This document shows, one piece after another, positions 9,067 through 18,358 of a stretch of DNA of 25,474 nucleotides. The translations under genes and the position numbers were made by a program. Each line of letters starts with the position of its first letter. Position 1 is the first letter of the stretch. The notes under the pieces are model-generated. The model was not told where the DNA came from. It worked only from the letters and a program-made list of their open reading frames with translations, and did no database searches. Origin of the DNA: a virus (Duplodnaviria > Caudoviricetes); IMG/VR virus record IMGVR_UViG_3300017912_001673, positions 1-25,474 of that record; one strand, given 5' to 3'.

Positions 9067-11330
9067 CAGCGTATGCTCGTGATGTCTTCAAGTGTGAGAT
9101 ATGGAACGGAGTCCAGCATGCTAAGGTCTCCGGTTTCTTCTGCATGGTCTTGAATTGCAAGAGCCAGCTCGGCCAAATCTTCAAAGTTAAGCTCGAGGCG
9201 GAACTCACCCTGCTCACCAAACCTATTGGTATTCAAAATTACCGCAGAGCCAGTTTTTTGGTCGATAAGGTATACCCCGCTGTCATCGTCAGCCGTAACC
9301 CAACTGCCGTAAAGCCTGACCTCGTCAATATATTTCTCCATCTCAACATCAGAGAATGGTGTGCCATCGGGCTTGGTTATCCGAGCCACAACAGACTCCA
9401 GAAATCCTGGGGCTGTTATGTATTTGTCCATTACCCGACGCATAAAATTAGAATGGCCATCTCGTACCAAAACTTCATTTGGAATGCGTATTTTGGCATC
9501 ACTAAATGTGCCGCCAGGAGCTTCACTTATTTCGTAACGGTCTGTAACAATTCCTACTGCATTTCTGGCGGCCTTGGTTTTATCTACCCCTTGAGAAGCA
9601 TAATACGTGGCCAGTTTTACAACAGCGTTCTGCATTCCAACCAATGACCCAACCCGCTCCCCGGTTGTGCGCAGTGAAGAGGCGTCGGCACCCAGCACAG
9701 TGTGATGATAGTCACCCATCATTTTGGCAACCTCGTCCCGCAGGTCTTTCTGCTCGTCCTTGGTGACAAGGGCGTCGAAAATAGCTTTATCTTCCTTGAA
9801 CAGCTTCTCGGCGTCGAGCAAGTCTGCAACCAGACGCCGAGCTCTCGGCCCACGGTCCAAGCTGCGGGCGGCCATCATCTGCACAGGCGTAAGACCAGAC
9901 TGGAGCGCCTGGCTCATGGCCATGTCACCGAGCCCAGCGGCGTCCAGCGGGCCAAAGAAATTTTGCAGAGCCTCCATTTGCCCATAAGCATCGAGGCTTT
10001 TGAGCTCGTCACTGAGCTTGTCAAACTGTGCGGTCGTAAATGGGGTGATGTTAAACTCTGGAACTCCGATTTTGCGTTGGATATCAACCATCTCGGTCGG
10101 CGTAGGCAGCCTGTCATTTTCAGCCTGAAATGTCTTGGCTACATAACCTGCCGGGTCTTCCAGAATTGCAGCCTTCCTCTCAGCGGCCAGAGCCTTCGCT
10201 GCGATAAGGTTGGCTTCGGCCTGTCTTACATCTCTTAAATCGGCATTTGGGTCTTTTGCCAAGGCCGTCGCAGTGCTGCGCAAATCTGTGATGACATCGC
10301 TCACCTCTTCTGTTGTGGCGTACTTGATGTCGTCAAACACTTGTGTGGCAGACAGGAACCCGCGCAGCTCAAACTCTCTCGTTTCTGCGGTCGCCATGCT
10401 GCCAGCCCGGCGTAGTGTAGAAACGCTTTCCATGCCACGTGCAAACGCGGCAGCACGGTCCTCGCCAGTCGTTGCTAGTTTCAACGCAGACACAGCGCCT
10501 TGGAAGTTAGACTCCGCAATAGCAACTTCTTCGTTCTCAAGTTTGTTAAGAGATTTCGTAAGCTCTTGTCCCAGAACAGCCCGCTCGTCTGCTGTGAATT
10601 TACTGTACCTCCCGTCGCCGCCTCTAATAAGGTCGGCTTCTTGGCGCATCTGTTCTGCGCTGGTGTTAGGATTCAGTGTGAAATCAATTAGCCGCTCCCG
10701 CTCACCCTGAAGAACAACACCGTCAGGCGTCCAATTAATTGACAAGCCTTGGTCTATTGCAGCATCGTACAGCGCTTCTGCCTCTTCTTTTAGCTTGGCT
10801 TGCATCTCTGGGGAGTCGGAAGCCGCTGCCATGTCCTTAATAAGCTGCTCACCGCGCCTATCAAAGATGTCAGTTTTACGAACCTGGCCACGATTGAACG
10901 CATTGACCTGCCCGGGTTGCAGCTTGAGCTGCATTCTTTTATTAAGGTTGGCAGAGAGCGCTTGGCGCTGACGTTTGTTTAGACCCTCGTATGCGTCTAC
11001 GTTCGATGCTAACCACCCAGCCTGGAACTCTCCTGCCCTGATTTTATAGGCACGGTAGTTGTCGTCGTTATTTTGCATAACAAAATCAAACGCTGCTGCA
11101 TCTGCTTTTGCTGTTAAATCAGCCTCTGCGGCCTCGAGCTCTGCCTTTTGTTCCCGCACCTCAAAATCGGCAGCAATCTGGGCTATATCCCCCAGAGCCT
11201 TCGCAGCTACCTTGCCCGGCGCGGCAGCAGCGGCCTCGAACACTTGGGATGACAGCTTTGGGCCAAGCCCGCGTGTGTCCATTTGCACAGACGGGCCTCG
11301 ACCTTGATTGTAGAGCGGGATGCGTGGCAT
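9066..11330 (-). CDS. Internal virion (ejection) protein, gp15-like position (754 aa)
   Basis: MPRIPLY N-terminus typical of this gene position; Ala-rich, helical and Cys-free; TAATG overlap. Confidence 0.7.
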   Translation of the reverse strand: MPRIPLYNQGRGPSVQMDTRGLGPKLSSQVFEAAAAAPGKVAAKALGDIAQIAADFEVREQKAELEAAEADLTAKADAAAFDFVMQNNDDNYRAYKIRAGEFQAGWLASNVDAYEGLNKRQRQALSANLNKRMQLKLQPGQVNAFNRGQVRKTDIFDRRGEQLIKDMAAASDSPEMQAKLKEEAEALYDAAIDQGLSINWTPDGVVLQGERERLIDFTLNPNTSAEQMRQEADLIRGGDGRYSKFTADERAVLGQELTKSLNKLENEEVAIAESNFQGAVSALKLATTGEDRAAAFARGMESVSTLRRAGSMATAETREFELRGFLSATQVFDDIKYATTEEVSDVITDLRSTATALAKDPNADLRDVRQAEANLIAAKALAAERKAAILEDPAGYVAKTFQAENDRLPTPTEMVDIQRKIGVPEFNITPFTTAQFDKLSDELKSLDAYGQMEALQNFFGPLDAAGLGDMAMSQALQSGLTPVQMMAARSLDRGPRARRLVADLLDAEKLFKEDKAIFDALVTKDEQKDLRDEVAKMMGDYHHTVLGADASSLRTTGERVGSLVGMQNAVVKLATYYASQGVDKTKAARNAVGIVTDRYEISEAPGGTFSDAKIRIPNEVLVRDGHSNFMRRVMDKYITAPGFLESVVARITKPDGTPFSDVEMEKYIDEVRLYGSWVTADDDSGVYLIDQKTGSAVILNTNRFGEQGEFRLELNFEDLAELALAIQDHAEETGDLSMLDSVPYLTLEDITSIR

Positions 11331-11806
11331 TAGGTTTCAAAGCCCCCTAGCTGTCCGTATGTGCTGATTGCCTGCGTAGTGCCGCCAAGCAACGAGCCCA
11401 TAGCTGCCACTTGGTATGATGATGCGCGGGCCCTGCCCTCCATGATTTCTTTCCTAGCCGCTGTCGTCGCACGTACTTCGTCGATACTTGAGGCGTATTG
11501 AACGCGGGCAGCGTCACGTTCGATGCCGAAATATGCGTTTGCATAGATGTTAAGAGGCGTGCCACGTTCTTGTATGCCACTAGCGCCAACAGCCACCCGC
11601 TGGGCGCTTATAAGCTGTGCGCCCTGCTGCCTGATGTTGAGCTCTTGGTCCCTGCGTGCACGTTGCAGAATAACGAGGTTGTTCTCTTCAACCTGGGCAT
11701 TGTATTCAGATATTAGCTCGGCTTGCCGTGCTGCTGAACGGTTGCCTTTGAAACCCATGATGCCAGAAGCAACAGACGCGCCCGCTGCGATAGCTGCGTA
11801 GTTCAT
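11330..11806 (-). CDS. Internal virion protein, T7 gp14-like (158 aa)
   Basis: Ala/Gly-rich hydrophobic termini, QRVAVGASGI motif, located after the GNAT gene. Confidence 0.75.
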   Translation of the reverse strand: MNYAAIAAGASVASGIMGFKGNRSAARQAELISEYNAQVEENNLVILQRARRDQELNIRQQGAQLISAQRVAVGASGIQERGTPLNIYANAYFGIERDAARVQYASSIDEVRATTAARKEIMEGRARASSYQVAAMGSLLGGTTQAISTYGQLGGFET

Positions 11807-12225
11807 TGCACCCTCGCCATTCTGTAGTAATCGTCACCTTCGACGCCGTATTTGCGCATAACGCCCTCGTTCTCAAAACCAAGCCACTCGGCAAACCTGT
11901 ACGCCCTGTCGTCGTCTACATGAATGCTGGCCTGGACCCTACGTAACCCTGTGTCTTGCAATATACTATTAAACTGCCGTTTTGCATAACGAGCAAAGGA
12001 TGCCGGTATGTCTAAGCATTCAGGTGAAACCAGCACCCACGCTTCGCCAGCACCAAACCACATAACATGCACGCCGCCTACGGCCATCACCGTGCCGCTA
12101 TCCTCTAGTGTAAACCCCACAATATTGTCATGTCCGACTAACCCCTGACGTGATGTCTTCGGCAGCGAATAATCTAGGTCAATGTCGTACACATCATCTT
12201 GTGTATAAGGACGTATTTTAAGCAT
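11803..12225 (-). CDS. GNAT-fold acetyltransferase-like protein (T7 gp13 position)
   Basis: RRVQASIHVDDDRAYRFAEWLGFENEGVMRKYG resembles the RimJ/RimL-type GNAT C-terminal motif; lies between the nozzle and gp14-like genes. Confidence 0.8.
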   Translation of the reverse strand: MLKIRPYTQDDVYDIDLDYSLPKTSRQGLVGHDNIVGFTLEDSGTVMAVGGVHVMWFGAGEAWVLVSPECLDIPASFARYAKRQFNSILQDTGLRRVQASIHVDDDRAYRFAEWLGFENEGVMRKYGVEGDDYYRMARVQ

Positions 12226-14629
12226 CGAATGTGTTAGACCTCCGCATCACTGCCAGGATGGTCATTGGCAATGGTTGCGTCTGCCTAACAAAAACCCTGG
12301 CGTCGTTGTCGTACCCCGAGGGGAACGAAATCTCTTTGTCTCCATTGAACATAGGCACCGCCGCGTCCATAGCCATGCTGCTATCGCGGAACGGAATCCT
12401 GTCTAGGTTGTCTTCGTCGGGCCCTACCTCTGCACCGACAGTGTCAATAAACCGCACAGTTACGCCGTGGATGCGTTTAATCTTGCCTTGTGATACCCCG
12501 TCGTCAGCGCCACCCTCAAGGCGCAACGTCTGCATCTTGGAATCATAGGAATAGCCGACATGCACCGTACTAGCGCTGCGGTCCAATGTGACGGCACCGC
12601 CGCTCACAGTCTTGTCGGAGTGCGCTGCGCCGTCAGCCAAAATCTGCACGGTCTCACCTTCAAGGTGATTGAGGCCGGTAATCGTGGTTGTGGCCGTGCT
12701 GTCGTATGTCAGGCCGGAGTCCACATAGAAGGCATCGTCGATGTCGGTGCCAAAGTATATGTTCTCCATGAATACAATGTGCCGCACAGTAGCGCTGTTA
12801 ATGGTGCGCTTGACCGATAGGTAAACCTGGTCTTCTGCCCCGCTTGGGATGGCCGTGATGCTCTCAACTACGCCGCTGTCACCCATCGGATGGCTGTGCC
12901 AGCCAATAGTCTGGTTCTGCGGGTCATAGGACAACCCAATCAGGGTGCCGTCAGAGTGAACGAACCAAAGCACAAGCTCCGGCTCTTGCTGCCACACCAT
13001 GTCACTGATGCCGCCGCGTGTCAGATGTTCTGCCAGTATGGTCAGGTCGCGGCCCACCAGGCCGTCAGTGTCCAAGTCAAACGTGACCTCTTTGACCTTT
13101 TCCAGCCCCTTCTGCACCATGATGGTGCTTGCACCAGCACGCAGCGGGCGCACATCACCAGAGCCGAAAGTTGTTTCACGCAAAACATTAACGCTTGTAG
13201 GTGTGACAGGCTGGGTGCCAGTACCACCGGATAGCGTGAACTCGGAGCTTGTCGTCATGATTTGCAGGAATCGGCCTGGAATCATGTGCCGGATGACGTT
13301 GACCTGACCGGACGCAATCGTGATGTTGATGGCATCGTCGTCATTCGTGCCCGGCGTCATATTCTCAAAGTCGGCTGTCTTTGAGCTAAAGATGGTCTGC
13401 GGCTGTCCCTCAGTGCCAGCGAAATACAGGCGCTCCTCATAGAAAGCCACAGCGCGTGGGAACTTTTCATTGCCGCCAAATGCGCCAAGTGACCAGCGTG
13501 TGTTTGCGTTTGCAGAGCCTACTGAACTGTCAGGAAGCCGTGAGTTACCGTATTGGTCCTCATGCACATCAGCCGTAACAACCGTGGCGCTGGTGTAGCC
13601 GGTGATTTTTACATGACCATGCTCGTCGTGCAGGTATTGCCAATCAATAGAACCGTAGGTCTCAGTGCCGCTCAGATGCACAGGCGGCGTGTTGCCGGAC
13701 GTTTGGGTGCTACCAGTAACCTGCTTATAAACATGCCCGTTGTACCGAACAGTTGCATTGTTAACGTAGCTTGTGCTTGCCGCCCACTCATCATGCTCAA
13801 TCTCAAGGATTTCACGGAAGCGTATATAACGGCCTACATCGTTGCTGTTAAATACATCGGCAGATGCCGTGATGGTAATACCACTGCCGGTCGCCGCAGA
13901 CGCGTACATTGTGGTGGTGGTCGTGTTCTCGTCCAGCCACGGACCATCAATGAAATCTATGTCAGATAGTGTAAAGCTGGTCGCGGTATCCCGCGTTAGC
14001 TTGGCTGGCTCATGGTCTTTATGGGCTAAATACAGCACGTCCGCTGACTGCACAAAGTTTAGTTCAAAGACTTGCGCTTCTGTGTAGGTCGTTGTGTCTT
14101 CAACAATCTTGCCAGCAGTGCCGCCGCTAGTGTATGCGGTGAAGCCGGTGCCGTTGATGCCTGAAAGCTCAATGGTGTTTGTTGTCTTATTGGCAACAGT
14201 AAATTCACGATTATTCAACTCCACCATGCCAGCGACATCTTTGACGAAGATGCGGTCGCCGTTGCTAAGACTGGTGCCGGTAATCGTCAGCACAACAGGA
14301 TTGGCCTGTGTTGCGCCGGTGATGGTTTCAGTGGCCTCTGTCAGAATGCCGCCATCTTTGAAGTAGCGGATATAATTTGCCCCAAATTCAAGGACATAGG
14401 CTTGCTCATCACTGTACTCAAATGGGATGAGCCTGACCTTGCCGCCGTCTTTTGACGAACCAGCATACTTGGTGCCGGGTCTGCGGGTGATGCCACCTTG
14501 CGGGAACACCAGCATGTTCTCTAGCTTCTGAGCGCCGCTGTTGTACTTTTGCAGGTCTATGCGGCCTTCAAGGCGCGGAGACAACTCTCCCGCTTGAAAG
14601 TTTGTGACAATAGTTGAAACGCGGGCCAT
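12218..14629 (-). CDS. Tail tubular protein B / nozzle (T7 gp12-like), 803 aa
   Basis: NFQAGELSPRLEGRIDL, PQGGITRRPG, FPRAVAFYEERLYFAG and IGWHSH motifs; size and position fit. Confidence 0.9.
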   Translation of the reverse strand: MARVSTIVTNFQAGELSPRLEGRIDLQKYNSGAQKLENMLVFPQGGITRRPGTKYAGSSKDGGKVRLIPFEYSDEQAYVLEFGANYIRYFKDGGILTEATETITGATQANPVVLTITGTSLSNGDRIFVKDVAGMVELNNREFTVANKTTNTIELSGINGTGFTAYTSGGTAGKIVEDTTTYTEAQVFELNFVQSADVLYLAHKDHEPAKLTRDTATSFTLSDIDFIDGPWLDENTTTTTMYASAATGSGITITASADVFNSNDVGRYIRFREILEIEHDEWAASTSYVNNATVRYNGHVYKQVTGSTQTSGNTPPVHLSGTETYGSIDWQYLHDEHGHVKITGYTSATVVTADVHEDQYGNSRLPDSSVGSANANTRWSLGAFGGNEKFPRAVAFYEERLYFAGTEGQPQTIFSSKTADFENMTPGTNDDDAINITIASGQVNVIRHMIPGRFLQIMTTSSEFTLSGGTGTQPVTPTSVNVLRETTFGSGDVRPLRAGASTIMVQKGLEKVKEVTFDLDTDGLVGRDLTILAEHLTRGGISDMVWQQEPELVLWFVHSDGTLIGLSYDPQNQTIGWHSHPMGDSGVVESITAIPSGAEDQVYLSVKRTINSATVRHIVFMENIYFGTDIDDAFYVDSGLTYDSTATTTITGLNHLEGETVQILADGAAHSDKTVSGGAVTLDRSASTVHVGYSYDSKMQTLRLEGGADDGVSQGKIKRIHGVTVRFIDTVGAEVGPDEDNLDRIPFRDSSMAMDAAVPMFNGDKEISFPSGYDNDARVFVRQTQPLPMTILAVMRRSNTFDA

Positions 14630-14630
14630 C

Positions 14631-15227
14631 TCAGAACCTTATGTTTACAAAGTCGTCAGCAAGCAGCTTGTCAGGCTGGCCCTCCATCGCGTCAATCCCA
14701 CGTGCTTCTCTTAAGCGTGTTTCGTAAAGTGATTGCATTTGTTGGGACACATTCATGCTTCCTGTCAAATGATACGCGCCGTCTGCCGCCAGGCGGCACG
14801 CTAACGCGCTTACAAGCAGAGAGTCATACTGCTCTGTGTCTATAACCCTGCCGATGTAGGTAATTTTACATTCGCTCTCGTTGGTCAGGACTTTGCGCCC
14901 CTCAATCTTGAACATAACCTGGCTGTCGTAGGCCGATAGCTCGTTATCAACATTATTGTCCCAGAAAGACAGCACGCGCAGACAGTATGGGTTGGTTGGC
15001 AGGGTAAACTGGTTGTCAAAGCCAAACGCCGGGGCTGTTGCGTCTTTTGCCAATGTGCCGCGAGTAATCGCAACATTCCAGGGGTGGGCACGCAGGACCG
15101 CGTCACGCTTTTCCGCGTAAGCTGAATTACAATACCGGGCTTCTTTAGAGTTTTCCGTAAGGGACGTAATTGTGTCTGCACCCAATAAGTGCATAGCTTC
15201 GTTGCATATATCTACTACGGATGGCAT
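14631..15227 (-). CDS. Tail tubular protein A / adaptor (T7 gp11-like)
   Basis: VDICNEAMHLLGADTITSL, VLRAHPWNVA and FTLPTNPYCLRV motifs; 198 aa, directly before the nozzle gene. Confidence 0.88.
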   Translation of the reverse strand: MPSVVDICNEAMHLLGADTITSLTENSKEARYCNSAYAEKRDAVLRAHPWNVAITRGTLAKDATAPAFGFDNQFTLPTNPYCLRVLSFWDNNVDNELSAYDSQVMFKIEGRKVLTNESECKITYIGRVIDTEQYDSLLVSALACRLAADGAYHLTGSMNVSQQMQSLYETRLREARGIDAMEGQPDKLLADDFVNIRF

Positions 15228-15577
15228 TAGCTCACTAACCTTTCTAACTCTATCAAGACGCCTCGGCTGGTATTAGAGTCGCCGCCCTCCCAGACCTTAC
15301 CTTCGTGCTTCGCCGTCTCCACCATCGCCTTGAGGCGCTCTGTGGGCAATATTATCACAGTTTCGTTATCAATGATAAACGCCCAAAAATCTGCTTCTGT
15401 GGTGGAGATGCCCGATGGCTTGCCCCTAGAAAAAAACTCCACAAACACCCTGCCGGTTCGTGAAGCCTTAAAGTCCCTTTTTATTTCAATCGTTCGGTTT
15501 TGTAACAGGTCAGCCAGCCAGCTCTCCGCCATCTGACCCACCTTGAGGTCATACCTAAAATCTCTATTAAACTCCAC
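15227..15577 (-). CDS. Conserved-type phage protein, possible PD-(D/E)XK nuclease fold (116 aa)
   Basis: GTG start at 15577 after a GGGGGAG RBS (the track's 15631 start runs through the hairpin). Motifs G..AE, IEIKRD, TGRVFVE, GKPSGISTTEADFW. Confidence 0.55.
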   Translation of the reverse strand: MEFNRDFRYDLKVGQMAESWLADLLQNRTIEIKRDFKASRTGRVFVEFFSRGKPSGISTTEADFWAFIIDNETVIILPTERLKAMVETAKHEGKVWEGGDSNTSRGVLIELERLVS

Positions 15578-15602
15578 CGCCCGCTCCCCCGAGCAAGAGT
15601 GA

Positions 15603-15626
15603 GAAGGGGCGGTTTCCCGCCCCTCC
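15603..15626 (-). terminator. GC-rich hairpin after the capsid/decoration genes; probable leaky terminator or mRNA-stabilising stem
   Basis: Minus strand GGAGGGGCGG-GAAA-CCGCCCCTTC (10-bp stem with one G-U pair, GNRA loop), 4 nt after the stop codon, with a weak pyrimidine tail TCACTCTT. The position is equivalent to T7 T-phi. Confidence 0.7.
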
Positions 15627-15630
15627 TGCA

Positions 15631-16134
15631 TTAGTTGACGACGTACTCGATGATAAACGAGAGGTCGCCGCCAGTGTCACCAGCCGCGTCGAACACGAGC
15701 CCGACGTAGTAGTAACCGCCTGGGTCAGAAGACTGACCGGCATCTTCCCAAACCTGCTGGCCCAGCTTGTTGATGTCACGTGCCTCAAACGCAACCTCTG
15801 TGCCTGTCGTGACAGCAGCACGCAGGTCAGTGATTGCAGAAGCATACGCATCATCATCAACCGCTGTTACGTTGCCATCAGCAGACCACAGGCCAACATC
15901 ACAGGTGTTGGTAGTGCCGCTATCAAGGTCATCGTTAAACAGCTTGATGCTGGTTACAGAAGCGTTGGTTGGTACTGGCGCAAGCATAACAGTGTCGCTT
16001 GCAGAAAGGTCACCGGCTGCCAAAGCAATGGTTCCCATAGCCACGCGCTTTGTGCCGTGCAGTTGATGTGCAGGGCTTGCGATGTGTGGCGAGGACTCAA
16101 AGTTGGTTACCAGAGTGGTATTTACGTTAGCCAT
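15631..16134 (-). CDS. Probable capsid decoration/cement protein (167 aa)
   Basis: Directly after the capsid gene and before the hairpin; acidic and beta-strand-rich; GAGG RBS. Function inferred from synteny with BPP-1 Bbp16-like genes. Confidence 0.55.
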   Translation of the reverse strand: MANVNTTLVTNFESSPHIASPAHQLHGTKRVAMGTIALAAGDLSASDTVMLAPVPTNASVTSIKLFNDDLDSGTTNTCDVGLWSADGNVTAVDDDAYASAITDLRAAVTTGTEVAFEARDINKLGQQVWEDAGQSSDPGGYYYVGLVFDAAGDTGGDLSFIIEYVVN

Positions 16135-16147
16135 CTCTCAGTTCCTC

Positions 16148-17044
16148 TTAGTCTGGGGTTTCATCACAGAAGATTTGGCAGACCTTGGCCTCTTCCATAC
16201 GAACCGCGCCGATGTCCATGCAGTAGTAAACCTGGGTTGCGTAACCCTTGTCTGCACGCTCATCAATACGAGCCGTGATGTCTTTGCCAATGCCCAGGGT
16301 GATGCCATCCTCTGCCCAAGCAAAACATTTACGAATGTCGTTGCTATCAATGGACAGGAGGTTGGTCATGATGAAGCGGAAGCCCATAAAGGTATCCACG
16401 TCGCCCTGTACCAAAGCCTTAATGGTGTTGAAGTCGCTCGATGTTACTTCGGTTGTTCCGAGCAGGTCTTCAATCTGCTTCGGGCCAACAGCGATGTAAC
16501 GCGGAATCGACGGGTCAACATCGTTTAGGTCAATCTTACGCTTTGCTTCACGCAGCTTGGCAATAGTCAGGCCATCGTTTGAAGAAGCAGAACCAACAGA
16601 GTTGTTGGTCGCGTCAAGGTTGACAGTCGAGCTGGCTACGCCACCGCTCTCTACACCACCATTAGTGGTAGCAGCGCCGGTTGCAGCCGAGATGATAACC
16701 TCATCCATCGCGCGTCCCATTGCAGCAGCAGCGGCACGGGCATAGGAGGAAGTTGGGTCGATGAGCATGCGGACTTTGTCCTGGTCATCAACCAGGTCTG
16801 CATACTCGTAGGAATCAAGCGAAAGACGACGCCTGGAATGCGGGGTGTCCATTTGCGGAGTATCCCCGTGGCGTGTCGTGCGCTTCACGGCAGTTGCTTT
16901 GCCGATTTGGTCGATAAAGGCATGTTGCCCAACAACATTCTCAATGCTCACCGCGTCACGCAAACGGGAACCCATCTGCTGTGAGAGCATCTGCACATTT
17001 GCAGAATACTGTTGCACAAATGCCGTATTGACTTGTGTAGACAT
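16148..17044 (-). CDS. Major capsid protein (298 aa)
   Basis: AFVQQYSANVQMLSQQMGSRLR, DKVRMLIDPTSSY, TSSDFNTIKALVQG, FMGFRF, IGAVRMEE; strong AAGGAG RBS; follows the scaffold gene. Confidence 0.93.
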   Translation of the reverse strand: MSTQVNTAFVQQYSANVQMLSQQMGSRLRDAVSIENVVGQHAFIDQIGKATAVKRTTRHGDTPQMDTPHSRRRLSLDSYEYADLVDDQDKVRMLIDPTSSYARAAAAAMGRAMDEVIISAATGAATTNGGVESGGVASSTVNLDATNNSVGSASSNDGLTIAKLREAKRKIDLNDVDPSIPRYIAVGPKQIEDLLGTTEVTSSDFNTIKALVQGDVDTFMGFRFIMTNLLSIDSNDIRKCFAWAEDGITLGIGKDITARIDERADKGYATQVYYCMDIGAVRMEEAKVCQIFCDETPD

Positions 17045-17074
17045 GGTTGTCTCCTTCTTCTACACAGTTGGCAC

Positions 17075-17302
17075 TTACACTAATTGCGATGTGCTACCCT
17101 TGCGGACACTTCTAGGTTTTTTAGCCTCCTTGGGGCTGTCGTCTTCCCGACTGCCAACAGGACGGCTGTTGCCGCTACCCTGCGTGACCCACCCGTAGTA
17201 CGTGTCTGCTAGGTGGGCCGGATTAGTTACCTCGCGTTGAGTACCAAACTCAAGCGCAAGCCTTAAACACTCGAGTCTGATGTCAGTGTCGCCGTCACCC
17301 AT
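17075..17302 (-). CDS. Small hypothetical protein between scaffold and capsid (75 aa)
   Basis: Helical IRLECLRLA...A..YY.WV N-terminus; overlaps the scaffold stop and fills the gap. Confidence 0.6.
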   Translation of the reverse strand: MGDGDTDIRLECLRLALEFGTQREVTNPAHLADTYYGWVTQGSGNSRPVGSREDDSPKEAKKPRSVRKGSTSQLV

Positions 17303-18137
17303 GCACGACTTCCATCAGCTCTTGCATTCTCTCAATCGCACGCTGCCTGCCGGACAGGTTCTTTCTGTCCCAATAAGCGTGTGACTTGTCGTTCATGATT
17401 GCGTCAATCTCTTGCTGTGCTGCCTGACGGGTAGCTACGTTAGAAATCGGCGCATCAGAAACTGTGTCTTCACTTGTGACACTTTGCCTGAACTCCGCCA
17501 TATTTGCAAATGCCTTAATGAAATCAGGGTGGTTACCCACCTTGGTCCCATCGGCTAGGCGCATGTCCAATATCCCGTTGCCACCAAATTGTTTCGCAAT
17601 GTTACCGGCGTCTTCAATGCGGGCATCAAACTCATCGCCCCATTCTTTTCGCAGCGACATTTCTGTGTCGTTGCGCTGCTGAGTCTCTGCCGCCTCGCTC
17701 ATGCTGCCCGTTTCTTGAACCATAGAACGATAGTACTCCAGTACCCCACTTGCTTGGTCAGGCGTAAGGCGCAGCTTATGCGCTACGTCAGAGTACGACT
17801 TGGCCACCTCTTCTGTGACAATATTGCCGTCAACGGCGATTTCGTATCCATCGGGATTCTCGGGGCGACCGAGCTTGCCGTAGATGTTGTCCAAATCCTC
17901 GTCTGTTGGGTTTACGGGTAGTGGCACCTTGTCAGCGCCAATTAGACGCTGGGCGTTTACATAGGAGCGGGCAAGATTGCCCACATCTTTGATAGGGGAG
18001 AGGCTGGGGTGGTCTCTCAAGTCCTCCGGTATGGTTGACAAGAAATCGTTACCAGACCCGCCTTCTGCCACTTCTGCTGGGGTTTCCAGCATAGTGCCCT
18101 CTGGCTGGGCTACCTGTTCGACTGCTTCTTCTGACAT
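17295..18137 (-). CDS. Capsid scaffolding/assembly protein (280 aa)
   Basis: Acidic N-terminus; LARSYVNAQRLIG, KLGRPENPDGY, LRKEWG and GNHPDFIK motifs; lies between portal and capsid. Confidence 0.8.
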   Translation of the reverse strand: MSEEAVEQVAQPEGTMLETPAEVAEGGSGNDFLSTIPEDLRDHPSLSPIKDVGNLARSYVNAQRLIGADKVPLPVNPTDEDLDNIYGKLGRPENPDGYEIAVDGNIVTEEVAKSYSDVAHKLRLTPDQASGVLEYYRSMVQETGSMSEAAETQQRNDTEMSLRKEWGDEFDARIEDAGNIAKQFGGNGILDMRLADGTKVGNHPDFIKAFANMAEFRQSVTSEDTVSDAPISNVATRQAAQQEIDAIMNDKSHAYWDRKNLSGRQRAIERMQELMEVVHG

Positions 18138-18358
18138 TATGACTCCTCAATCATCATGTTGTGAATGTGGAGGATAACGGCCCTCTTACCCTCCTCGAAC
18201 GCTGTGGCATTTGGGTCGCCTGCCACATAGCTAATGCTGCGCAAGTTGCAGCGGGCCTCAAGGTCAAACAAAACTTTCTGTCCGTTCTCGCTTTTGAACG
18301 CTTCACGATACATGGACTTTAGGTTTTCAATTGCTTTGAGCTTTTCGTCGTCGTTCAC
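18137..18358 (-). CDS. Bbp19-like small protein (73 aa)
   Basis: F.SENGQKVLFDL...TAFEEGKRAVILHI pattern; GTGA overlap with the portal gene. Confidence 0.75.
   Translation of the reverse strand: MNDDEKLKAIENLKSMYREAFKSENGQKVLFDLEARCNLRSISYVAGDPNATAFEEGKRAVILHIHNMMIEES

Noticed and set aside
16134-16170. T7 10A/10B-style frameshift fusing the capsid to the next gene
   Set aside because: The downstream frame has TGA at 16138-16140 just before its ATG, and that gene has its own RBS.
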